This document shows, piece after piece, positions 19,799-28,622 of a stretch of 64,000 nucleotides of DNA. The notes under the pieces were generated by a model, which was given only the letters and a program-made list of their open reading frames with translations, did no database searches and was not told where the DNA came from. Source of the DNA: Nannocystales bacterium (GTDB lineage Bacteria; Myxococcota_A; Polyangia; Nannocystales; Nannocystaceae); contig JBOEGF010000018.1 of NCBI GenBank assembly GCA_050633305.1, positions 896,001-960,000 on the forward strand. Reading direction: 5' to 3'. The position numbers and the translations under genes are program-made. Numbering within the stretch: the stretch's first letter is position 1; every line of letters starts with the position of its first letter.

Positions 19799-20581
19799 TC
19801 AGAGCCTTCCGATCCGAGTCTCGATGACCCAGTCCTCCAGCGCCGAACTCACCTCCAGCGACGGGTGCTCGGGCAGCTCGCTGGATGTGTTCGCGTCTTT
19901 CAAGAGGTCCAACACACGGTCCATCACCGCGACCGAAGCCTCCGGGTTGGGCAGCGGCTGTTTCTCCGCCTGTCGCTTGTGGACGACCAGCGCGTCGACC
20001 TCCGGGACATCGTAGGTGTCATACAGCCGGGTGAGATCCGGCTCGCAGATGCCGGTCTGAAGCAGGTGAACGCCGGTGAGTGCGGTCCGCAGGACGTAGA
20101 GCACTCGCTTGGCGGTCGGTGCATCGCCCTCGACGACATGTTTGTACTGGCTTCGGGCGAACCCGAGGTAGTGGCGATACACGCGGCGGCTGAGGCAAGC
20201 CCTGGCGTGCGTGCCAAGCGTGTCGCACAGCGGGTCGCGCTGCGTGACCCAGGCGTTGCTGAGGACGCGCTCGAGCATGTTGCCGTCCCCTTTGAGCAAC
20301 CCGCGTGCGCACTGGCTCAGCTCGTTGGAGGTGTAGTCGATCTCGATGCCGTCGATGAATTCGAGCCGGTTGGCAGCGACCGGTGGGGCCTCGAATCCGA
20401 GCAAGGCCCGGGTGTCCGCGATGTGGATGGCCTTGAGGTCCAGGTCGCTGTCGGGGCTGGGAAACCCGTACGCGTGGGCGCCCGAGAGGTGGACGATCAC
20501 GTGGTGCCGCTTGGTGGATTCTTCGGCGAGAGCGGCGTGCGCGACGCGGCGCTGTTCATCTCGGAGTCGGTCGTCCCGCAT
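19799..20581 (-). CDS. RlaP-like pol-beta superfamily nucleotidyltransferase (short)
   Basis: SGAHAYGFPSPDSDLDLK (GS/DxD-type motif), GNMLERVLS, HYLGFA, KRVLYVLRTALTGVHLL. Confidence 0.8.
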   Translation of the reverse strand: MRDDRLRDEQRRVAHAALAEESTKRHHVIVHLSGAHAYGFPSPDSDLDLKAIHIADTRALLGFEAPPVAANRLEFIDGIEIDYTSNELSQCARGLLKGDGNMLERVLSNAWVTQRDPLCDTLGTHARACLSRRVYRHYLGFARSQYKHVVEGDAPTAKRVLYVLRTALTGVHLLQTGICEPDLTRLYDTYDVPEVDALVVHKRQAEKQPLPNPEASVAVMDRVLDLLKDANTSSELPEHPSLEVSSALEDWVIETRIGRL

Positions 20582-20586
20582 GTGGC

Positions 20587-21852
20587 TCAGTCTACGCCGG
20601 ACCCACGCAGCACTGCAGCGGCATCCACACCCCAGGGTCCGGGGACCTGCTCGAGCCAGCGCCGGGCGGATTCCTCGCGGAGCCGCAACAGCACGGAATC
20701 GGCCCGGGCAAAGTCGGGATGTTCGGGCAGCACGCTGTGCTCGCGGGCTTCGTCGAGCTCCTGCGCCACGTTGTCCGTCCATTGCAACGCGGTCTCGAGG
20801 GCGACGTCGCCGCGCTTGATCGCCAGGAGGCGGTCGCGGAGCTCCCCCTCGGCTGCGATGAGGGGCACTCCGGTGCGGAGCCACTGCACCGCGCACGAGA
20901 CGATCCGCAGCAGGTTGTACGCGTTCTTGGGCCGGAGCTCCCGGGGGAGGTCGAGACCAGCCGCGTCGGCTCGGGCGAAGTCGGCGAGCGCCTCGAAGCT
21001 GCACGCGGACAGGAGGCCCTGGTCGAACATCGAGCGGTACAGCTGCTTGAGGTACTGCTTGGCGCGCAGGACCTCGTCCTTCGTAGAGACCCCCGCAGCG
21101 CTCACAGCCTCGTCCGCGAGCCGACCCGCTACGTGGTCGAGGGAGGCGTCCGGATCGTGTCGCAGCCATGCGAGGACGTCACTGCGATGCCGGGCGAGGC
21201 GCAACGACTGTCGGAGCTTCTTCGACTGTGCGACCGCGTAGCGGCCGAATGAGCCGTAGATCCGAGTGGAAACGAAGGCGTCGCGAGCTTCGAAGAGGGC
21301 GTCCGCCAGCGGGTCCATCGTGTCTCGCTGGGGGACGAACAGCATCTCGAGCGTGTTGGGGTCCGCGCGGAGGGCCTGCTCGATCGTGCGGCCGACCTCC
21401 CACAGGGTGTGGCTGCCATCGGCGCTGACGACCACGTCGGGCACGCGTCCCCGGGCGCAGGCCCAAGGGAAGGGCCACAGCAAGACGCCGCGGGTGTCGT
21501 GGTCACTCTTCGAGTCCGAGAGTCCCCACGCCCGGGAGCCGACGGTCGCTCGGGAGAGGACGCATGGGCCCAGCGCGGCTTCGGCGTGGGCTCGATCCAC
21601 GGCATGCCGCAGCTGGCCCTCCGTCCTGGGGACGATGTCCTCTCGAGGGACGATGAGCGGGGGCCGACCGACGACCGTGATCTGAATGCCGCCCGCCTGC
21701 GGGTGCCCGGTGACGCGTCCGAGCGTCCCCATCGGGAGCCGTACGTCTTCGAAGGCGACGCTCCGGCGCAGCGTAACCTCGCAGCCATGCGGAAGCGCGA
21801 CCCGCTGAGGGTCCACCGCCGCAAGCCCCTTCGGGATGCGTGCGCCTGACAT
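20587..21852 (-). CDS. RlaP-like pol-beta superfamily nucleotidyltransferase (long, with N-terminal extension and internal insert)
   Basis: VGSRAWGLSDSKSDHDTRGV, ADPNTLEMLF, SFGRYA, KNAYNLLR, LLAIKRG, SVLPEHPD. Confidence 0.8.
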   Translation of the reverse strand: MSGARIPKGLAAVDPQRVALPHGCEVTLRRSVAFEDVRLPMGTLGRVTGHPQAGGIQITVVGRPPLIVPREDIVPRTEGQLRHAVDRAHAEAALGPCVLSRATVGSRAWGLSDSKSDHDTRGVLLWPFPWACARGRVPDVVVSADGSHTLWEVGRTIEQALRADPNTLEMLFVPQRDTMDPLADALFEARDAFVSTRIYGSFGRYAVAQSKKLRQSLRLARHRSDVLAWLRHDPDASLDHVAGRLADEAVSAAGVSTKDEVLRAKQYLKQLYRSMFDQGLLSACSFEALADFARADAAGLDLPRELRPKNAYNLLRIVSCAVQWLRTGVPLIAAEGELRDRLLAIKRGDVALETALQWTDNVAQELDEAREHSVLPEHPDFARADSVLLRLREESARRWLEQVPGPWGVDAAAVLRGSGVD

Positions 21853-21856
21853 GGCC

Positions 21857-23185
21857 TCAGTCCCGACTGAACGGCGATGCGGCGACCCACTTGTCCCGCT
21901 GGAACCACAACTCGACGACTTCCTTGCGTGGTTCGGGACGGACGCTGAAGCGAATCATCGAGGGGATGTACTCATAGCCGCAGGCCTCCGAATGCTCTTT
22001 GCAGGTCAGCTTGCCGGCCGTGGGCGCCATGAGAGAGCGGCCCCGGAGGCTACCGTCGAGGCTGACGAGTCCTTCGAACCAGACGGAGCTGGCTTCGCCA
22101 AGCCGGTAGGTTCCGGTGACGGTACGCCCGTCGAATGCGACATCGAGCGTGGGCGTGGCGGCCGGGTTTGCGCCCTCTTGCGCATAGACGCCCGCATGCG
22201 ACTTCGCGACCGCGACCGCGACTTGCTTGCCCAGAGCGGCCAGGCCCTTGTCCAGGGCCGCGCCGCGAACTTTCATGGCCTTGACGACCTTGTCGACCTT
22301 GGCCGTGGAGCGGAGCATCTGCGCCTGGTGGAGCTGGGTTTGCCAGGCGACGAGGTCGGTCGATGCCAGCTCGAGTTGTTTGGCGTAGCGCTTGGCGTTG
22401 CTCGCTGTCTTGCGCTCCGAGGCGAGCCGAGCGACTTCGGTGACGGCGGGAGCGTGGGTCTCGTAGAAGAGCTGCTCGAACTCGGCCAGGCGCTTGCGGG
22501 CTTCGTCGAGGGCTCGGGCGGACTCCAAGCCGGAGAAGGTCTGCCCCTCGCCCCAGCGCCCTTGCGCGACCGAGGGGTCGCATTGGTCGCAGATCATCGG
22601 GCTGGCGTCCTCGTAACGAGGGTCCTCCGACTTGTCGAAAGCCCGCGCGTACTGTCTTGCAAAGGCGACGTGCCGCGCCTTCTTCCGCTGGAGTTCGGCG
22701 AGACTGTCCGCTTCGATCGCACCCCAGACCTTGCCCTTGTGGGACCACTCCACTCGCCAGCGGTTGCATGTGATCGCCCTGGCTGGATCCGAGACCGGGG
22801 TTCGGACCGCGTCGCAGGACTCGCGGACGATACGGCCGGCGTTGGGCAAGACCAACGCGTCGAACGGGCGCATCAGCGGTCGCTTCGTGGCGTCCGAATC
22901 CGTGGCAGGGGCTCCAGTCTCGGACTTCGGCTTCGAGTCCGACTCTGGCGTCGAGTCCGACGTTGGCTTCGAGTCCGGCTTCGAATCCGACTTCGACGTT
23001 GGCTTCGACGTTGGCTTCGACGTTGGCTTCGACGTTGGCTTCGACGTTGGCTTCGACGTTGGCTTCGACGTTGGCTTCGAGTCCGGCTTGGCGCTGGGTT
23101 TCGCCTCCGGCTTCGCCCCGGTCCCGGTTGACCCCGCGGGGGCAAGGGCGAGAGCACTGGTCAGCAGCAACGCGGACAGAAACAT
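21857..23185 (-). CDS. Secreted hypothetical protein with an (SKPT)n linker, CDQC motif and coiled coil
   Basis: MFLSALLLTSALALAP signal peptide, tandem repeat, long amphipathic helical region. Confidence 0.65.
   Translation of the reverse strand: MFLSALLLTSALALAPAGSTGTGAKPEAKPSAKPDSKPTSKPTSKPTSKPTSKPTSKPTSKPTSKSDSKPDSKPTSDSTPESDSKPKSETGAPATDSDATKRPLMRPFDALVLPNAGRIVRESCDAVRTPVSDPARAITCNRWRVEWSHKGKVWGAIEADSLAELQRKKARHVAFARQYARAFDKSEDPRYEDASPMICDQCDPSVAQGRWGEGQTFSGLESARALDEARKRLAEFEQLFYETHAPAVTEVARLASERKTASNAKRYAKQLELASTDLVAWQTQLHQAQMLRSTAKVDKVVKAMKVRGAALDKGLAALGKQVAVAVAKSHAGVYAQEGANPAATPTLDVAFDGRTVTGTYRLGEASSVWFEGLVSLDGSLRGRSLMAPTAGKLTCKEHSEACGYEYIPSMIRFSVRPEPRKEVVELWFQRDKWVAASPFSRD
22991..23080. 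repeat. 12-bp tandem repeat CTTCGACGTTGG x7.5, with degenerate flanking copies
   Basis: Visible in the sequence; encodes SKPT x7 on the minus strand. Confidence 0.95.
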
Positions 23186-23240
23186 CGGTGGTGGAAGTCT
23201 ACACCGCCTCGGTGAGCACGCCCGTGCTTGGGACCGATGC

Positions 23241-23933
23241 TCAGGGGCGACAAAGGGCCGAATCGATGCCCAGGGTTTCGAAACGGGGCTCGAAGTCCCG
23301 GCGGACGCACCGCTCCAAGATCTCTGCGTATCGCGCGATCGGAAGCAAACCCCATCGCGCATCGGCCTGAGCGGTTCTTGGGGAGGGGGAATGTGCGCCC
23401 TGGCCGTAGTTGTCTCGCAGTCGTTGCATCATGTCGGGGAGGGCGCGTTCGACCTGGAGCGTGGCCTCGTCGGGACGGGTCTGGGTGAGCCAGTCCAGGC
23501 AGGCCCACCCGAAATCGCGGTGGCGGACCTCATCGCGGACGATCCGGTCGAGGGCGGTGCGGGCCGATTCGACGGTGCACTCGGCCCGCATCGCGACAAA
23601 GAGAGGCACTGCGACCGTCTCGCCCAAACAGAAGGTCTCCACGGTGACCCACAGCACATCGAGCCACAGGGGGACGTCGTTGCGGGCCAGCCCGAGCGAC
23701 TCCTGGACGAGGTCTGGCCGGGCATCGCAGCCGGCATCGCGGGCGACGACATGGCTGAGCGTCGCGTGCTCGAGCTCGTCATCCACCACCCGGAGCCCGT
23801 CGCGGATCAACGCCGGGGGCGCAGCCACGCGAATCAGCCACTGCACGAAGGAGGCCGCGATCGCGCTGCTCGTGTACTCCGCTTCGACGCGCCGGATCCA
23901 CTCTTCGCCGACGTGCGCCCCGGGGATGTCCAT
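23241..23933 (-). CDS. Ferritin-like di-iron domain protein
   Basis: AEY..., DDELEH, GETVA, RDEVRH: two E...ExxH pairs typical of four-helix di-iron proteins. Confidence 0.75.
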   Translation of the reverse strand: MDIPGAHVGEEWIRRVEAEYTSSAIAASFVQWLIRVAAPPALIRDGLRVVDDELEHATLSHVVARDAGCDARPDLVQESLGLARNDVPLWLDVLWVTVETFCLGETVAVPLFVAMRAECTVESARTALDRIVRDEVRHRDFGWACLDWLTQTRPDEATLQVERALPDMMQRLRDNYGQGAHSPSPRTAQADARWGLLPIARYAEILERCVRRDFEPRFETLGIDSALCRP

Positions 23934-23934
23934 G

Positions 23935-24435
23935 TCAGACGCCTTCGGACCCCTCGCTGACACATTGCACACGACGCGGTGGGGGCGGGTTGCACAGCGC
24001 TCCCTTGGGGCACTTGAAGTTACCGCTCGTCTGTTCCCAACACGAACCGTCGGGCCGCTTCGAGACGTTTTTCTCGTCGGTGGGCTCGGGGTACACCGAC
24101 TCGGGGCAATCAACCTCGACTGGGGCCGGTGGATTGCAAGAGATGTTGGGGTCCTGGGGGCACTCCACGTGCGGGAACTCGAGGCATGAACCGTCCGGTT
24201 GCAGGTGCACCACTGCTTTCGGGCTGGGATCCGGCGCTGGGTCGGGGTCCGGTGCTGGGTTGGGGTCGGGTGTCGGTTCGGGGTCTGGTGTTGGGTCAGG
24301 GTCCGGCGGGGGCGGGTTACCCGGTGGTGTGAGCTCCGGAGAGCTGTCCGGCGGGGGGGACGTCGAGCCGTCGCAAGCTAGATCTGCGAGGGAGATGGTC
24401 ACCACCATCGAGGCCACGAACGTCCGTCGGCGCAT
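23935..24435 (-). CDS. Lipoprotein with a Pro/Asp linker and two Cys-rich DGSC..CP..CNPP repeats
   Basis: MRRRTF..LAC signal/lipobox; repeats PDGSCLEFPHVECPQDPNISCNPP and PDGSCWEQTSGNFKCPKGALCNPP. Confidence 0.65.
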   Translation of the reverse strand: MRRRTFVASMVVTISLADLACDGSTSPPPDSSPELTPPGNPPPPDPDPTPDPEPTPDPNPAPDPDPAPDPSPKAVVHLQPDGSCLEFPHVECPQDPNISCNPPAPVEVDCPESVYPEPTDEKNVSKRPDGSCWEQTSGNFKCPKGALCNPPPPRRVQCVSEGSEGV

Positions 24436-24476
24436 GACGCAACGATACCAAGGTCCTCCGCAGCAAACGCTGGAAC

Positions 24477-25898
24477 ATGGGCTACGGTATGACCGGCATG
24501 ACCTCGACGGTGTTTCGAACCCCCACGGCTTCGTACGTGGTCACGGAGACCCTGCGGGAGTCCGCGTCCGCATCGACCTACGCAGTTCAACGCGAATCCG
24601 ATGGAGCGGGGTTCGTGCTCAAGCGCTTGGCAATCGCGAACCTGCAGCACTGGAAGCAGTTCGACCTCTTCGAGCGCGAGGTTGCCGCCCTTCGGGCCAT
24701 CGAGCATCCGTTCGTCCCGCGGTGGGTCGACAGTCATCTCGATGAAGCGTCTGGGGTCTTCGTCTCGGTCCAGACCCGGGTGCATGGCACCACGCTTCGG
24801 GAGTTGCTGCGCACCCGTGGTGGTCTGACTGCGCAGGAGGTCGACAACTACCTGCGGCAGGCGCTGGGCATCCTCACCCACCTGCACGAACGTGCGCCGC
24901 AGATCATTCACCGCGACATCAACCCGTCCAACGTCATGATCGCGAATGGTCAGGTTTATCTGATCGACTTCGGTGCCGTGAAGGTTGGCGATGGCCAAAG
25001 CACCTCGATGACCACGGTCGGGACCTTTGGCTACATGGCACCCGAGCAGATCCTGGGTCGCTCCACGGTCCAGAGCGACCTGTTTGGCCTGGGGATGACG
25101 ATGGTCGCGATGGCGACTGGGATGGAGCCCGCCTCGATGCCACAGAACCCGACGACGGGCCAGGTCGATCCGTCACAGTCACTCCGGGCTCCGCCGCACC
25201 TGGTCCGGGCGTTGCTGGCGATGATTCGCCCTGGGGTCGGCGAGCGGCCTCCCACGGCTCGCGCCGCCCTTGCGCTTCTCGACCAGCCCCAAGCTCCGGC
25301 TCAGCCGCCCGTGATGCACCACCCGCCGGGTTCTCCGTACGCCCAGGCCGCGGTCGTTCCGTACTCGCCTCAGATGGCGCCCTACGTGCATCGCGAGACC
25401 TCGCCCTACAAGGCTCCCGAAGCGCTGACGCCAGAGGACAAAGCCTATCTCGGTCAACATCGGTTGGAGTCGTTCCCGGCTCCGCTCGCTGTGTTGTTCC
25501 ACCTGATTACCTTCGGCATCTTCTCGCTGATTCACTTCGGCCTGCAGCACGACAAGATGCCGCAAGCCAAGCAGGATGACCCAAGCTCCGCCAAGGCGAT
25601 CGGGTTCAACTTCATCCCGTACTTCAACCTGTACTGGTTCATCTTTCAGCCGATGCGGTTGACGGACCGGCTCAACTTGCAGGACCGGATCCGTGACCGA
25701 CCCGATGGAACCTCGCGCGGGCTCATGCTCACCCTGTCGATCCTCGGGATGATTCCGTACATCAACTTCTTGATCGGGATTCCCCTGTACTCGATCGGCG
25801 TCTACAAACTTCAGAAGCAGATCAACCGCCTCGCGGACGAGCGCAAGGCTCTTCCGCCGGCGCCGCTGGCTTTGCCGCCAAACACCCGCTTTCCGTAG
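24477..25898 (+). CDS. Ser/Thr kinase-like protein with a C-terminal membrane domain
   Basis: VLKRL, HRDINPSN, DFG, GTFGYMAPEQ; Gly-rich loop absent; C-terminal TM segments (FIPYFNLYW); start uncertain. Confidence 0.85.
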   Translation: MGYGMTGMTSTVFRTPTASYVVTETLRESASASTYAVQRESDGAGFVLKRLAIANLQHWKQFDLFEREVAALRAIEHPFVPRWVDSHLDEASGVFVSVQTRVHGTTLRELLRTRGGLTAQEVDNYLRQALGILTHLHERAPQIIHRDINPSNVMIANGQVYLIDFGAVKVGDGQSTSMTTVGTFGYMAPEQILGRSTVQSDLFGLGMTMVAMATGMEPASMPQNPTTGQVDPSQSLRAPPHLVRALLAMIRPGVGERPPTARAALALLDQPQAPAQPPVMHHPPGSPYAQAAVVPYSPQMAPYVHRETSPYKAPEALTPEDKAYLGQHRLESFPAPLAVLFHLITFGIFSLIHFGLQHDKMPQAKQDDPSSAKAIGFNFIPYFNLYWFIFQPMRLTDRLNLQDRIRDRPDGTSRGLMLTLSILGMIPYINFLIGIPLYSIGVYKLQKQINRLADERKALPPAPLALPPNTRFP

Positions 25899-25949
25899 AC
25901 ACGTGGCCCTTGTGTCGGGCGCAGGGTTTGCCCATGCTGGGCCCCGGTC

Positions 25950-26687
25950 ATGAGCGAGATCATTTCTATCGACGTCGGGGGGCGTGCGTTCGACGCCGCG
26001 TTTGCGCGGCCGGAGGGCGAGGGGCCGTGGCCCGCCGTCGTGGTCATCCACGACCTCCCCGGGTTTCGGGAGGATACACATCGGCACTGTGATCGTTTCG
26101 CAGCCGCCGGCTACATCGCGATCGCGCCCGACCTGTTCCGGGGCGGAAACATCGCGTGCGTGGTGCAGACCCTCAAGTCCTTGGCGACGCAGAAGGGCCA
26201 CGCGTACAAGGTCATCGATGGGGCGCGAAAGGCTGTCATTGCGCGCGATGATGTCGACTCGGACCGCGTTGCCGTCTGCGGGTTCTGTATGGGTGGTGGG
26301 TTCGCGCTGATCGCAGCCGCCGACGAGGCGTATGCCGTCGCTGCACCGTTCTATGGCGCGGTTCCGCGTGCGGCGTCTCGGCTTCGCGGGATCTGTCCGA
26401 CGCTGGCGCAGTACGGAACCGAGGACATCATGTTCGTGCCGCACGGACAGCGCTTGTCCGAGCACCTGCGCGAGCTGGGGATCGAACACGAGGTCCTCTT
26501 CCACGAAGGGGCCGGCCACGCGTTCATGAACAAGCTCGACGGCTTTGCGGCGAAGGCTGGGCCCTACACGCCCATGCGGGCCGCGTACGACCCTGAAGTC
26601 GAGGCGGTCGCTTGGAAGAACGTGCTCGCGTTCTTTGCGGAGCATATGCCCGCAAAGAACGCGGAAGTCTCGTTGCCGCCGGGGTAG
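25950..26687 (+). CDS. Dienelactone hydrolase family protein
   Basis: PAVVVIHD, APDLF, GFCMGG nucleophile elbow, GAGHAF. Confidence 0.9.
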   Translation: MSEIISIDVGGRAFDAAFARPEGEGPWPAVVVIHDLPGFREDTHRHCDRFAAAGYIAIAPDLFRGGNIACVVQTLKSLATQKGHAYKVIDGARKAVIARDDVDSDRVAVCGFCMGGGFALIAAADEAYAVAAPFYGAVPRAASRLRGICPTLAQYGTEDIMFVPHGQRLSEHLRELGIEHEVLFHEGAGHAFMNKLDGFAAKAGPYTPMRAAYDPEVEAVAWKNVLAFFAEHMPAKNAEVSLPPG

Positions 26688-26717
26688 GGGGCAGGGATAG
26701 GGGCAGCGGGAGTTCGC

Positions 26718-27632
26718 TTAGCCGGGCTTTGCGGTTGGCCCCTCCTCCCGCAGGGGAGCGAGGCCTTCACGTAGGTGGTCGATCATCGCGCGGACCTGGA
26801 CCGGCAGATGGCGTCCCGGTGGGGTGAGGGCCGTGACCCGGGCCGGTGGTGCGACGTAGTCCTCGAGCAACGGGACCAAGCGGCCCGCACGGATGTCCGG
26901 GTCGACGAGCCAGGACGCGAGCAGGCAGATGCCCAACCCCCTCCGTGACAGCGCGAGCGTGGCTTCGGAGTTGTCCGCACGCAGCCGCCCACGGACGCGG
27001 GTTCGGTGTTGGCGGCCCGCATGAGAGAACGTCCACGTGCTTCCCAGGGCCCCGGAGTGAAGTAAGCACTCGTGCGCTCGAAGGTCCGCCGGGCTGCCGG
27101 GTACCCCGTGTTTGCGGATGTACCCTGGGGAGGCGACAAGACGGCGCGGGGTCTTGGCGAGCGTTTGGGCGCGCAAGGTGGAGTCGCTGGATGCCCCAAC
27201 CCGGAGCACGAGATCGAAGCCCTCCTCGACCAGACCCACGTAGCTATCGGAAAACACGAGCCCGAACTCCACGTGACGGTGGCGTTGGGCAAACTTGGCC
27301 ACCAAGGGGACGACGTGGAGGCGCCCGAAGACCTCAGGCACGTTCATGCGGATGCGACCGCGGAGCTCCGCATCGTCGAGTCGGACGCTGCGGATTGCCG
27401 CGTCATAGGCCTCCAGGGTCTGGAGCGCGTGCCCGTGGAGCCGGTGCCCCGCGTCCGTGATGCTGATCGCTCGAGTCGTTCGAGCGACGAGCTGTGCTCC
27501 GAGGTCCTCTTCGAGCGCGCGTAGCCATTTGCTCACCGTTGACTGCTTGACCTGCAGTTCCTCGGCGACCGCCGTGAAGCTTCCGCGCTCGACGAGGCGG
27601 GTGAAGGCACGTAGCGCCGTGATGCGATCCAT
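26718..27632 (-). CDS. LysR-family transcriptional regulator (CrgA/DmlR-like)
   Basis: MDRITALRAF..GSFTAVA..QSTVSK..LEEDLG..RTTR HTH; EEGFDLVLR. Confidence 0.93.
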   Translation of the reverse strand: MDRITALRAFTRLVERGSFTAVAEELQVKQSTVSKWLRALEEDLGAQLVARTTRAISITDAGHRLHGHALQTLEAYDAAIRSVRLDDAELRGRIRMNVPEVFGRLHVVPLVAKFAQRHRHVEFGLVFSDSYVGLVEEGFDLVLRVGASSDSTLRAQTLAKTPRRLVASPGYIRKHGVPGSPADLRAHECLLHSGALGSTWTFSHAGRQHRTRVRGRLRADNSEATLALSRRGLGICLLASWLVDPDIRAGRLVPLLEDYVAPPARVTALTPPGRHLPVQVRAMIDHLREGLAPLREEGPTAKPG

Positions 27633-27655
27633 TCGGGTAGTCTAGTCGATGACTA

Positions 27656-27674
27656 TCATTCCAATATGGAATGA
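27656..27674. promoter_or_regulatory. LysR-type operator TCATTCCA-ATA-TGGAATGA
   Basis: Perfect 8-3-8 inverted repeat containing T-N11-A, between the divergent LysR and dehydrogenase genes. Confidence 0.7.
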
Positions 27675-27732
27675 CTGAAAGGCAGCGTCGGCTGTTGTCC
27701 GCTCGTCGCTGAGGGGGCAGGCTGTGCTCACG

Positions 27733-28605
27733 ATGACGACGCAAACGATCGCAGTGTTGGGGCTCGGGGCGATGGGGGCACGGATGGCCGCGCGGCTGCT
27801 GGAGGCGGGCTTCGAGGTGCGGGCCTACAATCGGACGAAAACCCGTGGGGACGCCCTGCAGCAGCGCGGGGCGACGATCTGTGCCTCTGCGCGGGAGGCC
27901 GCCCGCGGGGCGGATGTTGTGCTGAGCATGGTGCGCGATGACCAGGCGAGTCGGAGCGTCTGGCTGGACCCCGAGCACGGAGCGCTGGCCGGAATGTCGG
28001 AGCGCGCGATCGGAATGGAGTCGAGCACCCTCAGCCCGCCGTGCATTCACGAACTCGCCGAAGCGTTTGCGGCGCGTCGGATGCGGTTGGTCGACGCGCC
28101 GGTCGTCGGGACCCGGCCCCAGGCCGACGCGGGCTCCCTGGTGTTCCTCGTCGGCGGCGAAGATGCCTCGGTTCAGGCACTGAAACCGGTGTTCGATGCC
28201 ACAGGGGGTGCCGTGCATCACCTCGGACCGCTTGGGAAGGGGAGCGCGATGAAGCTGGCGGTCAACGCTCTGTTCGCGATTCAGGTGGCCTCGCTCGGCG
28301 AGTTGCTGGGCAGTCTGGCCCGGGGCGGCATCGAGCCCGCGGCGGCGATGGAGGTCCTTGGGGGGCTGGCTGTGACGAGCCCGGCGGCGAAGGGCACCGG
28401 AGGGCTGATGGTCCGCGAGGAATACAGTCCGTTGTTTCCGGTCGAGCTGGTCGCGAAGGACCTCGGCTACGCCAGCGCCGAAGCGAGTCGGCTGGGCGGT
28501 TCCGCCCCGATCTCCAGCGCCGCCGCGGACGTCTTCGCAGCCGCGACGAAGCAGGGCTACGGGGCGGAGAACCTCGTGGCGGTGGCCAAGCTGTACCGCC
28601 CCTGA
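27733..28605 (+). CDS. NAD(P)-dependent beta-hydroxyacid (3-hydroxyisobutyrate-type) dehydrogenase
   Basis: GLGAMGARMA, YNRT, DAPVVG, MKLAVN, KDLGYA. Confidence 0.88.
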   Translation: MTTQTIAVLGLGAMGARMAARLLEAGFEVRAYNRTKTRGDALQQRGATICASAREAARGADVVLSMVRDDQASRSVWLDPEHGALAGMSERAIGMESSTLSPPCIHELAEAFAARRMRLVDAPVVGTRPQADAGSLVFLVGGEDASVQALKPVFDATGGAVHHLGPLGKGSAMKLAVNALFAIQVASLGELLGSLARGGIEPAAAMEVLGGLAVTSPAAKGTGGLMVREEYSPLFPVELVAKDLGYASAEASRLGGSAPISSAAADVFAAATKQGYGAENLVAVAKLYRP

Positions 28606-28622
28606 GCTTCAGGGCGGACGCC

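Noticed and set aside
22991..23080. Possible CRISPR array
   Set aside because: Contiguous 12-bp units with no spacers, in frame within a CDS, and no cas genes in the window.
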